A stretch of DNA of 64,000 nt from Mustelus asterias. Its lineage: Eukaryota. The stretch is taken from assembly GCF_964213995.1 (NCBI RefSeq), contig NC_135822.1, forward strand, positions 7,936,001-8,000,000, given 5' to 3'. Position 1 is the stretch's first letter, and every line of letters starts with the position of its first letter. Under the pieces are notes generated by a model. The model was given only the letters and a program-made list of their open reading frames with translations. It had not been told where the DNA came from and ran no database searches. The position numbers and the translations under genes were made by a program. Below are positions 12,487 to 24,359 of the stretch, one piece after another.

Positions 12487-12799
12487 TGGTTAGCATTGCT
12501 GCCTCACAGCGCCAGGGACCTGGGTTCAATTCCGCCCTTGGGTGACTGTCTCTGTGGAGTTTGCACATTCCCCTTGTGTCTGTGAGGGTTTGCTCTGGCT
12601 GCTCTGGTTTCCTCCCACCATTCAAAGATGTGCAGGTTAGGTGGATTGGCCATTCTAACTTGTCCCTTAGTGTCCCAAGATGTGTAGGTTAGGGGGATTA
12701 GTGCGATAAATGTGTATGGATAGGGTGGGGGTGGGCCTGAGTAAGATGCCGGAGAATCAGTGCAGGCCGCCTCTACTCTAGGGATTCTATGATTTTATG
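12487..12799 (+). mobile_element. HE1-like V-SINE with CR1-type tail
   Basis: tRNA-like head (tggttagc; gggttcaattcc), V domain and gattctatgatt tail. Confidence 0.9.
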
Positions 12800-12859
12800 G
12801 ACCACCCCTCCACCTTCAGTACCATGCCCAATGGCCATTATCCACATATGTTTTTTAAA

Positions 12860-13375
12860 ATGAGTTTGATGGGACAGGAACAGGCTGACTCAATGGGCCT
12901 ACCGGGGTAGTCCTTTTTGTGACTTTTGGGAAGGAGGTAGAAGCAGGCTGTCCAGGGTTGGAAGACTGAGGTTGAAGGCTGTGGAGGGAAGATCTCCTGA
13001 GGAGATAAGGTCATTGACAGTCCTGGAAACAGTGGCTTGATGTTCGGTGGTTGGGTCGTGGTCCGGGGGAGGTAGGAGGAAGTATGCGAGAGTTGGCGCT
13101 CAGCCTCTACAAGGTAAAGGCTCTTGTGCCAGACAACTGCCCTCGTCGGCGGGTTTGATAACCAGGTCAGGATTGGACGTAAAAGAGTGAAGTGCAGCAA
13201 GTTTGGAAGGAGATAAGTTAGTGGGTGAGAGGAGCGGAGAAATTGTTTCATGCCGCCAATTCGCGATGAAAAGATCAAGAGCAGGTAAGAGGCCAGAGGG
13301 AGGGGTCCAGGTGGAGGGGGAATGTTGGAGGTGGGTGAAAGGATCTGCTGAATGGGGGGAGGACTCCTGCCCAAA
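12860..13375 (-). pseudogene. Penelope-like element reverse transcriptase N-terminal fragment (frameshifted)
   Basis: AVVW...LYLVEAERQLS.TSSYLP and FYLLPKSHKKDYPGRPIESACSCP are PLE RT motifs (Y.LPK.HK...P.RPI.S). Confidence 0.88.
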
Positions 13376-13387
13376 GAAGTGAGCATG

Positions 13388-13505
13388 CAGACTCGAAACG
13401 TTGGCTCTATCCTCTCCCCACAGATGCTGTCAGACCTGCTGAGATTTTCCAGCATTTTCTGTTTTTGTTTTTCCGATTCCAGCATCTGCAGTATTTTGCT
13501 TTTAT
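13388..13505 (+). mobile_element. Penelope-like family A pLTR 3' part, inverted relative to the adjacent RT
   Basis: gactcGAAACGTTggctct (3' half of the hammerhead), cacagatgctgtcagacctgctgagattttccagc and tail. Confidence 0.85.
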
Positions 13506-14061
13506 CCACGTGTTATTTAATGGTGAATCTTGGCATATTATTCACCCACGGGGTATTATCCCAGTTGAATCTGGCCCTTTCCCTGCCCATTAGTCACAAA
13601 TGTGCACTTTTAGGATGGATAGCTGGGGCAGGAACAAGATCTGGTTGATTTTCTTTCTGCTTAAAATTCATTAACTTGGCAGAGATTAGACTTTGAACTT
13701 GGGGCCGTCTTTGACTGTAGGTCTCAGCTACCAATTGGATGAACTTGGTTATTGGTTACCTAGATAATTTATCAAGTTTTAATCCATTCCTCTTTTAACA
13801 AAAGTAAAAAAATTGCTTTTGCAGGCCTTGGTCGGTGTAGGATTTTTGAAATTTGGGATTTTCCTTTATTATGACACAATTGTGATTACATACATATTAA
13901 CTAAGAGTCAGTTAAATATTTAAAGCTGAAGATGGCATGGATTTTTGTTGGATGCCTGTTTTTGAGCAGAGTTCTAGTATATACATGTCCTACACAATGA
14001 CTTTTGTTATTCTGCCAGCTGGTAATGTTTTACCTTGCAGGAATCACAAATCATTATAATT

Positions 14062-14232
14062 CGTGTCCTTGAGGGAAGGAAATCTGTCATCCTTACCTGG
14101 TCTGGCCTACATGTGACTCCAGACAGCAATGTGGTTGACTCTTAAATACCCTCTGAAATGGCATTACAAACCATTCAAGGGCAATTAGGGATGGACAATA
14201 AATGCTGGTCTTGCCAGCGACGCCCACAAATA
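14062..14232 (+). mobile_element. SINE fragment (MetaSINE-like central domain with LINE-derived tail)
   Basis: gggaaggaaatctgtcatccttacctggtctggcctacatgtgactccaga...tgtggttgactctta; tail aagggcaattagggatggacaataaatgctgg. Confidence 0.65.
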
Positions 14233-15292
14233 AAACAAAGCTTAAAATTTATAGTAATAAACAGGCATAATATGAAGTGTGGAGTTAGTTTTCATGTTCA
14301 TTAGTCCTTTCCTAAAGTCCTGAAAAGGTACGAAATGGACATGTCTGACATGCTTGTTTTTGCTTTGTACATGGCGGTTTTGAGAGCTCAGGGATGATAT
14401 GAGTCTGTTGCAACCTAATGAACTAAAGATGTCAGGAATCCCCATTCTTGAATCTGATGCATACAGATATTTGCAGACAGGTTTTCTTTTGTAGTAAATC
14501 TTCACTGTATGTACATTTTTAAATGCTCATTTAGATATTGTAACTGTCAATATTATTTTGCCTGCCTATATTTCCATAATGATTCCTGCTGGCAAACACA
14601 AATTACCTACTGAATAGTTTTGTATTTGTTGCAAAAGAATTTTGTTTGAAAACATTGATCACTTTGGCAGATGTGTATAAATATTTAATGACCAAAACAT
14701 CCAATAATAGCACCAATTGAGGCAAGATGATGCTTCATTCTGCTGAAATAATAAAAATGTTAAAGCACTTAGGTGGCTATTTTATAACCTGGTGCTATAT
14801 TCTCAAGTGTGTAGATTTTTGCTTTTGGACATTATGTACAAAATGATGTAAATTAATTTTTTTGATTTTGACATATATGTAGTACTTACATACATAGAGA
14901 ATATTATACACACGGGACTAAACACAAGGTAATATCTAAAAAGGATTTACAAAGTAGGAAAGCAAAAATTGAATCATTAAGTAAGTCATGCAACGTGAGG
15001 ATTATTTGACTAATGGTGTTTAGCTCCCCTTTTTAATTGAAGAGTCTCTTCCATTAGACTTTTATAGGGGTTTGTGGTAATCAATGTTGATGTCATGAAT
15101 GTCACTGCATTGATTCAGCAAACATAAAGAGCATTAGTGGTCAGCTGAAATGCATATAAATTGGACAAGTTACCTTTTTGATCTTCCAAGGTGGGACTGT
15201 CTCTTGTTTTGCAACCACAATTCATAACCTATTGTGCCTGAACCAGGCAAGTCCTATGTTGCTTATGTTATGTTAGCCAGAGTTGCAACATT

Positions 15293-16250
15293 GGGCTGGA
15301 TTTTAATGCAGGAAAATATGGCGGCTGGGCCCAGTTAATTGTGGGAGAGGCTGTCTGTCAGTCCACTGGGGGGGGGGGGGGGGGGCTCCCATGATTAAGT
15401 TGGCTCATTATTGAGCCAGTTTGATACCAATTATCCTTGAGTCCACTGGAATTTGGCGGCGGCTCAGGGATTACAGGCAAGAGACGAGGCTTTTCGGTGC
15501 CTTCCAAAGGCAGCCCAGCAAACCTTGTCGGGTTTGCCTGTGGCTGTGGAGAGGAGTGCTCTTTCAAGGGCGTGGAGCCTGATCAAGGGACTCTGTATTA
15601 GGAAGGGGATGGACTGACCCCCTTGTTTCCCCAACGATCTCCTCTCCACGATCCACATTCCACCCTCACTTGTGTCCAGGGATCTCTGCTGAAGAGCCTG
15701 GAGCAATACTGGCAGTTCAAGGAGGTCATGCTGGCCTCCTATTGACTGACAGCTCTCAGATTGGATTTCTGCTCCCAGCATCCTGATTCCCAAGGAATGC
15801 CCAACACTGGCCAGTCAAGTGCCTGATCATCACTTAATTGAGTTCGGCCTTCTCTCAGAAGCTACGTGGATTTCCCAATGACTCTGGGGCTTCTGCGGGG
15901 GAAAGGTCTGCAAGGGGTAGGAGGAGTGCGATGTCGGGTGCCCACCATGGGGACTCATCAGGAAAGTCCTGGTGCCCCAATGCTGGCGACCCTTGTTGTT
16001 GTGGGAGAACATGCTACCGATGAAGGTGGTGGGGGAGGGTGGTCTAATGTCCATGGGGGTGTGAGAGGAGGTCTCCCAGTTCAGTAAGAGATTAGGACAC
16101 CCCGTGCAATGGCGTCCCAATCAGTCAGCTTCACCAGCGTGCTTAGGCATTGGACAGTGTGAGGGAACTCAGCCAAAAAATAGGTCTGGAACATTCCCCT
16201 TTTCAGACTTTTTTGACACTCCAAAAAATGTTCTTGGGAAGATTGCGCCC
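15293..16250. mobile_element. PIF/Harbinger-like non-autonomous DNA transposon(s), possibly nested
   Basis: GC-rich block starting gggctggatttt and ending aagattgcgccc (imperfect GGGC...GCCC termini); no ORF. Confidence 0.5.
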
Positions 16251-18289
16251 AATATCTCTGACAGTGTAGCACTCCCTCAGTACTGCACTGGACTGTCAGC
16301 CTCATGTCATGCTTCAATAAATTATAAAATTTCAGCTGATACTTTAAAATTGTGAACACAAGTAGACTATTAAAAGATGCCTCACTGCTCAGTTTAAAAT
16401 CTTCTGCATTACAAGACCTTCACTTCATCTAAATATTAATGTGTCTGCTATGAAAGCGACTGAGACAATCATAAATTGTATTTGTATTGTGCCTCCTCCT
16501 TCTGTATCTGACCTTTGTGGGTGGAATAGTGTGTATGAGTCGAGTGAGTTGAGACATTGAGCTTCAAACATCAGCAGAGGTGTATAATAATTAATATGCT
16601 TTTTTTAAAATGCAAAAGATATGCTGATGGGATTCAAATCGGGGCAATCACTGAGGATAAGACGACGCACGTTTTACCAACACGCATATTGATCATGAGA
16701 AATAAGAAGGAACACACAAATTTTGTCTGTGTTACTTGATTATTATGCTCAAGTGTGGACTTTGAATCAGAGGACTGTGGATTCAGTCGCAAGAATGCTA
16801 CCAATGAAGCCATGGCTGACATTGGATATAGTTGTGGATCCGTTGAGGGATATGGCCCTAATTTTAATGGTATGTTGTGGTTGGCAACAGTATTCAACTG
16901 AGATAGGAGCAGCCTGTTTCTAACTAGTTCAATTTTATTTTAATTAGCTGTTAGCAGCAGCAAATGTGTTAGTTATTTTGATGACAATATGGAATGTCAT
17001 TATCTCCATGTTATCAACAGAAATGCATCTGTTGGCCTATCTTAAATTTTAAAACTATTATCGTCTGCTCCATTTGTCTTTGTTAAGTTGTTTGCATTTG
17101 CTTAATATGTGTTCAAATTATATCTGTTTACTCATGGCCTCCCTAACTTAGTAAATGGAGATTTCAGCTTTGGATTGCGCTCAGCTGAATATTTTGAGGC
17201 ATGCAGGCAATTTACTTTTGTAGTTCCACTGTTAGTTATGGATTACATCTGGATTTGACTTGCTGAAGATGCTTTATAGGGTTATGTTCTTTTAAATCAA
17301 AGGCTTTTTTCCCTGGGTAGTGATTGGTAATTCAGATTCTGTTTACTATAGAAATCATTTTATGTTTTCTTTCAAGTCACTTCAATAAAGAATACAAGCA
17401 TTTTACATGTCGGCATTTTAAATTGCTGTTTTGGTTCTTAATAGGGCCTATTAAATGAGACTCACAGTTTTAGCCAATGAATTTGCAATGAGCTGACATT
17501 TTGGTGTACTATAAATGAATCTTTTCCCATCAGTTCTGGATTTATGAATCACTTTTCACAGGTTTGAGGGAGAGGGAAAGAGACGGGTGGTGTGGATGTT
17601 TTAAGTAAAAATAATTTCTGTGATGATCCTGACAGTTAATGTTGACTAGTCACGATAATTTCCATTATAGATGTTTCGATTAGTTCATTGTTGCTAATTA
17701 GTGGACAAGTTGCATCTGAAACATGTCCTTTTGATGGGATTAGTAATTGAATGAATAGAAATCCTGAAATTTCAAGCTTTATTGAACTTTTTAATGGGAT
17801 TCATTAAAAAGGAGATGAAAAGCTACTCTGCCATTTCTGTACTTTATATACAGTAATATAGCTGCATAATTTATAACTAGATTATAGACCTCTTTGAAAT
17901 GTGCATAGTCTAGAGCTTTTGCTCATGAAGTGTCCTTTACTCCATTAAGATTGAAAAAAAACTGATTTTCACATTGAGAGATTCTACTGATCTGTTCCAG
18001 TGTTTTAGTGGACTTATGAGTCTGCTTGTCGACAATGATGGTACACTGTTGTCCATGAAATTATTCCACAACCACTATAATAGTGAAACCTGGGTGGGGG
18101 ATGTTTGGTATACGTGAATTGGGTTGCATTCATTATTAGCATTGTACCATCAAAATGGCCGGACCACATCATGTCATACATGGAGATAAATATCTGGCAA
18201 GATAGTTTTTTTTCCCTTTTTTGCCTCTTCCAACAATTCACACAGTAATGTAGTGAGCCATTGGTGTACATGGTTGTATACTACTTCAA

Positions 18290-18870
18290 GACACACCATT
18301 TTAATGCTGAGACGTTAAGCCAAGTCCCCAGCTGCTCTCTCAGGTGGACATAAACGATCCTGTGGCAAGAGTTAGAGAAATGCACCCCAGTACTGTGGAC
18401 CATATTTGTGTCTCAACCAGTATCGCTAAAACAGATTATTTGATCATCATTACATTGCTTTGTATGGGGCATGGCCATGCAAATTGGCTGCCATCTTTTC
18501 TATAATACAGTAAGTTTATTTATTAGTGTCACAAGTAGGCTTGCATTAAACTGCAATGAAGTTGCTGTAAAAATCACCTAGCCTGTTTGGGTACACTGAG
18601 GGAGAATTTAGCATGGTCAATGCACCTAACCAGCAACGTTTTTTGGACTGTGGGAGGAAACTGGAGGAAACCCACGCAGACATGGGGAGAACGTGCAGAC
18701 TCTGCACCGACAGTGACCTAAGCAGGGAATCGAACCTGGGTCCTTGTTGCTGTGAGTCAGTAGTGCTAATCACTGTCCCGCCATTCCAAAACTGTCTTGT
18801 TAGCTGTAAAACCTTTCCAGTCATTCTGAGATATTGAAAGGCATTATATAAATGTAAGCATTTCCTTTCT
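18290..18870 (+). mobile_element. Deu-domain SINE interrupted by a V-SINE
   Basis: gagacgttaagcc...ctctcaggtggacataaacgatcc...aaattggctgcc; resumes at ~18785 and ends gaaaggcattatataaatgtaag. Confidence 0.8.
18512..18784 (-). mobile_element. V-SINE with alternative (Rex1-like) tail
   Basis: HE1-like head and V domain joined to the tail ...tacttgtgacactaataaataaactt. Confidence 0.88.
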
Positions 18871-19299
18871 TCAATCCATCCATCCCTCCTCTCGCCCAGG
18901 ATGGGATGGACTTGATCTTTTCTTCTCACCATGGCCATATGATTGACTTCAAAAAATGACGCAAGAAATTTTGTTGGTGCACAGCGGCAAAGAATGAGTG
19001 GTAAGGAATATTTTGATTGCTGTAGTTTGTTGTCTTTGTGCTACCTCAAGGGTGAAGGAGAGGAATTTGAACAAAACTTTATTTCTGGGTTCTGCTCGTG
19101 TCTTCTGATGGTTATGTAGAATGCTTTCATACTGTGACTATGTTTGGCTTTTGCCTACATGCCGTTTCAATAGTGCATGGAAGCTGAAATTAAAAGTGAA
19201 TGATATGAAAGATGGAGAGTATTTAATAATTGCATTCCAGAAGAGAAGAAAACAAATTACATTAAGAATTCTGGTGCTGTGGTGCATTACAAAGTAACA

Positions 19300-19440
19300 G
19301 CAACAACTTGTATGGCACCTTTAACATAACAAAACAACCTGAGGCACTTCACAGGAGCATCATAAACTTTGTATGGCACTGAGCCACATTGGGAGATTTG
19401 GGGCCAGATGAGTAAAAGCTTGGTCAAAGAGGTAAGTTTA
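19300..19440 (-). mobile_element. L2-like LINE 3' tail
   Basis: caacaacttgta...gagccaca...aaagcttggtcaaagaggta is the reverse complement of the tail type seen at 39800-40325. Confidence 0.6.
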
Positions 19441-20641
19441 ATACATTTCCAACTGTCAGGTAGGCTCAGATTTGGGGGTCAGCTTTACTATATATGTTGA
19501 CACACATCCTTCCCTTTCCATCAACGCATTGAATTTCAAAACCAACTTTATCAGGCTGCTGATTTGACATCGAATCGTAGATCAGATGGTTGAGATAAAT
19601 TAATTTGTTACTCAACTATCCCATATGAACTCTGTAATCTTGTCCCTTGACGCTTTCTGCTTGCTTAGGTTACACCAGTTGGTGCACAGTTTTGGTGTCA
19701 TGTTTTACTGGAAGGCAAGCTTTAAACTCCATGTTCTATCTATTAGCAAGACCTCTTGCTTTGCTTTCCACAGTGTTTCTTGTTGTCCTTTGCTGCCACT
19801 CCAAACTTATCCATGAGTTTATCACGGGCTTTATTTCCTCAAATACTTTGTTTAGTGGTCCGTTTGAGCTTCTCCCCACCCAAACTCCAACTTGTCTAAA
19901 CCTTTGGTGAATATTCTCACCCACACCAAGTCCTGCTTGCTCAGGGTTCTAATCTTTCTCAGCCTTTGTTCCCTGCCTGTCTACACACTGATTTCAAAAT
20001 TATTTCTCAAATGTCTCCATTTCTTTGCTCCTTCTGGAACCCTATAATCCCAGCTCGTATTCTCCAGTTCTCTTGCTTCCTGTGCACACATATTTGCTTT
20101 CCCTTATTAGCAGAACTGTCAGCTGTCTTGGCCCTACTCTTTGAAACACTACTCTCCTAAACCTTTTTGCCCTTCTTCCTTTTTTTCTCCAGCCATTAAC
20201 ATCCTCCTGAAGAGAGAATTTCTAGGTATGGCTTCATCCGCGTGTCATTCCTTTGTATTGTGGGCTACGTTGTGGACACCATGTGAAAGAATGATTTTCT
20301 CAGAAACGTTTTAGTTCATATTTTGGCATTGTACAAAGTGTTTACTAATGATTCATGCCCTTCTCATCAATTGTGTTTCAGAAGTTAAATTAATGTTCAA
20401 AGTAATTACCACGGGTGAACATGCGATCTTGCTGAGCCAATTAAAAAATTCTTTGGAGCCGTAACCTAATAACTGCAGCATTAATATTTTTTCTTCCTCC
20501 ATCCTCCTTGATGCTTCCACGTAGTTTGGTGACAGCCAACCCATGTACTCCAAAATCTGACAGATTTTGTGTTGTAAAGTATTAAATCTATTTATTCCCA
20601 TAGCGAGGACATTTATCCAAATGAGCAGATCCTGTATCAAC

Positions 20642-22068
20642 AACAAAGAACAAAGAACAATACAGCACAGGAACAGGCCCTTCGGCCCTCCAAGCCCGCG
20701 CCGCTCCCCGGTCCAGGATTGAATCCTGAATCCAGGATCCCCGCCAAATTTTCCAGCCTATCTACATACCAATATCCTATCCACCGAGCTGTCCCCCACA
20801 GCTACGATGCTTTGTTCATTACAACCTATTAACTCACCCCCACCCCCCCATTCCAGACCATGTGATCTCCAGGGAGAGGCGAAAACCCAGAGTGAAAAAC
20901 CCCAGGGCCAATATGGGGAAAAAAAAATCTGGGAAATTCCTCTCCGACCCCCTGAGGCGATCGAAACGAGTCCAGGAGATCACAATGGCCCTGATCGGAA
21001 AATGCTTCCCAACCCTAGTCATTTCCACTTCCACGAGAAACAAGGAACAATTAGCCCGCGCCGCTCCCTGGTCCAAACTAGACCACTCTTTTGTATCCCT
21101 CCATTCCCACTCCGTTCATATAGCTGTCTAGATAAGTCTTAAACGTTCCCAGTGTGTCCGCCTCCACTACCTTGCCCGGCAACACATTCCAGGCCCCCAC
21201 GACCCTCTGTGTGAAATATGTCCTTCTGATATCTGTGTTAAACCTCCCCCCCTTCACCTTGAACCTATGACCCCTCGTGAACGTCACCACCGACCCGGGG
21301 AAAAGCTTCCCACCGTTCACCCTATCTATGCCTTTCATAATTTTATACACCTCTATTAAGTCTCCCCTCATCCTCCGTCTTTCCAAGGAGAACAACCCCA
21401 GTTTCCCCAATCTCTCCTCATAACCAAGCCCCTCCATACCAGGCAACATCCTGGTAAACCTCCTCTGTACTCTCTCCAAAGCCTCCACGTCCTTCTGGTA
21501 GTGTGGCGACCAGAACTGGACGCAGTATTCCAAATGCGGCCGAACCAACGTTCTATACATCTGCAACATCAGACCCCAACTTTTATACTCTATGCCCCGT
21601 CCTATAAAGGAAAGCATGCCATATGCCTTCTTCACCACCTTCTCCACCTGTGACGTCACCTTCAAAGATCTGTGGACTTGCACACCCAGGTCCCTCTGCG
21701 TCTCTACACCCTTTATGGTTCTTCCATTTATCGTGTAGCTCCTCCTTACATTATTCCCACCAAAATGCATCACTTCGCATTTATCAGGATTGAACTCCAT
21801 CTGCCATTTCCTTGCCCAAATTTCCAGCCTATCTATATCCTTCTGTAGCCTCTGACAATGTTCCTCACTATCTGCAAGTCCTGCCAGTTTTGTGTCGTCC
21901 GCAAACTTACTGATCACCCCAGTTACTCCTCCTTCCAGATCATTTATATAAATCACAAACAGCAGAGGTCCCAATACAGAGCCCTGCGGTACACCACTAG
22001 TCACAGGCCTCCAGCCGGAAAAAGACCCTTCCACTACCACCCTCTGTCTTCTATGACCAAGCCAGTTC
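20642..22068 (-). mobile_element. Young 5'-truncated CR1 LINE with long 3' UTR
   Basis: Uninterrupted RT ORF, ~430-nt 3' UTR, terminal stem-loop gggccgaagggcctgttcctgtgctgt and (TTCTTTG)n tail. Confidence 0.96.
20858..20988 (-). ncRNA. Putative structured 3'-UTR RNA element, double-ENE-like (two U-rich internal loops)
   Basis: RNA sense GGAGAGG-AAUUU-CCCAGA-U9-CCCCA-UAUUGGCCC-UGGGG-UUUUUCAC-UCUGGG-UUUUCG-CCUCUCC (20945-20873) inside outer stem GUGAUCUCC/GGAGAUCAC; the stems are seen directly, ENE function is inferred. Confidence 0.65.
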
Positions 22069-22070
22069 AT
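21078..22070 (-). CDS. CR1 ORF2 C-terminal part (reverse transcriptase), 5'-truncated, 330 aa open
   Basis: GVPQGSVLGPLLFVIYINDL, FADD catalytic motif, RDLGVQV and LVRPHLEYCVQFWSP; no stops. Confidence 0.93.
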   Translation of the reverse strand: MNWLGHRRQRVVVEGSFSGWRPVTSGVPQGSVLGPLLFVIYINDLEGGVTGVISKFADDTKLAGLADSEEHCQRLQKDIDRLEIWARKWQMEFNPDKCEVMHFGGNNVRRSYTINGRTIKGVETQRDLGVQVHRSLKVTSQVEKVVKKAYGMLSFIGRGIEYKSWGLMLQMYRTLVRPHLEYCVQFWSPHYQKDVEALERVQRRFTRMLPGMEGLGYEERLGKLGLFSLERRRMRGDLIEVYKIMKGIDRVNGGKLFPGSVVTFTRGHRFKVKGGRFNTDIRRTYFTQRVVGAWNVLPGKVVEADTLGTFKTYLDSYMNGVGMEGYKRVV

Positions 22071-22941
22071 AACTTATTGTTGACTTTTGGTGTTTATTGT
22101 TTGTTCTGGTCTTCCCATTGGATAACTAATGTCATATCTAACAGTTCCCTGTTGTGTATCCTTTCTTCATAACTGGGTTTCCCACCTATCATTCTTTCAG
22201 TTCCAATGCTCACATTCTATTGATAGGAAAGGCAGCAGTGCCTGATCACTTCAAATTTCTAAAGCTTTTATAAAACATTTTTTCTACTTAAACATTGCCC
22301 AAAAAATGGGAAGATGAATTTATGGTGTGGCAATTCTGAAGGTTGAAGCAATTTATTTTCTGTCAGCAAATTAGACTTTTAATCAGCATGGACTGGTGTA
22401 TACTGTAGTTGGGTGTGTGTTGTCATCTTCCATCCAATCCTCGTTGAGGTTCCCCACTCTGTCTTGAATGATTTATAAAATATTAAATATTCATTGTGTT
22501 TGCTGATAGTTTATTTCACAAATTCACAACTCCAATTATGATTTTTTCTCTTTAGGAGGTAACCTCACAATGAGGTGGTTTGCTCACAGTTCAGAGTCAT
22601 TTGATTCCCTTGATTGTGTTACAACCCCAGTGGCATACTATCCAGGTCAGCTATTCTGTGTGATGTAGAGTCTTCTGTTTAGTCTTGAACAGCCTAGTTT
22701 CTGCTGTTCAGGTTTTGCTTTGTTATTGCAACTTGTTTTGTTATTTAGACATTTAGATTTTCCATGTTGTAGCATGTTTCCCTGCTTAAACTTTGTGCTT
22801 AAGAGGACAAATAAATTTGTGATGTGGGTAATACTGAAGATAAGTTACACTTTTAATTATTAAAATTGTGCAGTTTGATGTATGCAACCATCTTGCAGCC
22901 ACCCTTGAGTCAGACGGCTGCGCCCCATCTTATTTCTCCTA

Positions 22942-23414
22942 CTCTGGTGGGCAACCTGTGGCCGGGGACCACATGTGGTCCATCTGGATTCTGAATGCAG
23001 CCCATGAGACATTTGTTGACATTTGTCCACATGCAGGTTGCCACGTTCTGCTGATTTCCGTCCATGCAGTTTTTTTTCTACCAGTATGACTAAAGTGATT
23101 CACACGTAAAGCAATGGCAAGTGAAGTGAGGTCCGTGCTGATCGCCCACAATGTTGACTGAGAGCCGTGCGTTGCGTCCCGAGGGCACATATTTCTTTGT
23201 TTTTAACCATTTGAAATTGATGATGGTTCTATTAATATGCAAGTGATCAGGCGTTTTCTGTAACTTGTTATTAAATATTTAGCGTGTATTAAATGTATTT
23301 CATTTTATTCCTGGGGCCCTGGTTAGTGAACAAGCCTGATTTCAATCTTGCGGTCCACTGAGATAAAGGGAGGCCACTCGTGACCGACTTACTAGCCTAG
23401 GTTGCCCATTACTG
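22942..23414. mobile_element. hAT/Charlie-like MITE
   Basis: Termini ..tgggcaacctgtggcc and aggttgcccattactg (inverted core tgggcaacct); TSD not preserved. Confidence 0.6.
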
Positions 23415-23432
23415 CTCTGACTTATGTACCTC

Positions 23433-23690
23433 GTTTAAAGTTTATTTATTAACGTCACAAGTCGGCTTACATTAACACTGCAATGAAGTTACTGTGAACA
23501 TCCCCTAGTTGCCACATTCTGGCACCTGTTCGGGAACACTGAGGGAAAATTTAGCATGGCCAATGCACCTAACCAGCACGTCTTTCAGATTGTGGGAGGA
23601 AACCCACGCAGACGCGGGGGAGAACAGTGATCCAAGCCGGGAATCAAACCTGGGTCCCTGGTGCTGCACTAACCACTGTGCCACTATGCC
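23433..23690 (-). mobile_element. V-SINE with Rex1-like tail
   Basis: Same head and tail as 18512-18784. Confidence 0.9.
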
Positions 23691-24359
23691 TCCCCTATAA
23701 ACTAGAAAATGGTTTTTGCTTAACCGAGTCTGATTTTAAGATTTTCAGTAATTTGGGTACACTTGTACTGCTTGGTGGAGGAGAGCAGAGATATTGCAGT
23801 ATAGTTTCTGATACTATACTGCAATAAGTATATGAAATTAAATATCAACATCCTTATGGCGTTAAAGACCTCTCTAGGTAATGCATTTTTTCTTCTGTTT
23901 GGTTCATTCCTTTGTTCTGTGCCGAGCTGGTCACAAATTGCTCAAGTTGTTTTCATGGATTGCACTCTGTGGATCATAGATGTTATATTGGTGCTACTGA
24001 CTTATTTAAGCTGAATTTTCCCAATTACAGCAGGTTGTGTGCTATATGGTACAGCAGCATTCGGAGGTTTACAAAGATAAATTCTAAATGCTCTGAGCCA
24101 ATACAATTGATTTCACTGAAAAAGTGTTCATCATCCACTATCTGCAGATATTACCCACAAGCAACAATTTAATCAAGCAACTTGATTGCATTTTCCCTGT
24201 GCAAGGAACTTCAAGGTAAACTTCAAGAAAAAAGTGGAAATTTAATTTCAGACTTCAAGGAATGAGTGGACACTCTCCTGTTTCATAAGAAAATAATGTG
24301 GCTGTTTCTTTAAATATGTAGCAGTGGTTTGAAGGGTGCGTTTACGCTATAACTATTGA

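Noticed and set aside
12838-13509. 223-aa ORF as a gene
   Set aside because: Chance fusion of antisense pLTR sequence with a frameshifted PLE RT; only the last ~30 aa are in the RT frame.
15366-15385. G and C homopolymer runs (also 30070-30100) as functional G-quadruplexes
   Set aside because: Simple slippage-prone runs inside transposon remnants, with no supporting evidence of function.
20948-20978. Hammerhead-like string CTGAGGC-GATC-GAAAC-GA-GTC on the + strand
   Set aside because: The core is CUGAGGC instead of CUGANGA, there is no stem II, helix I cannot form, and it is antisense to the LINE RNA.
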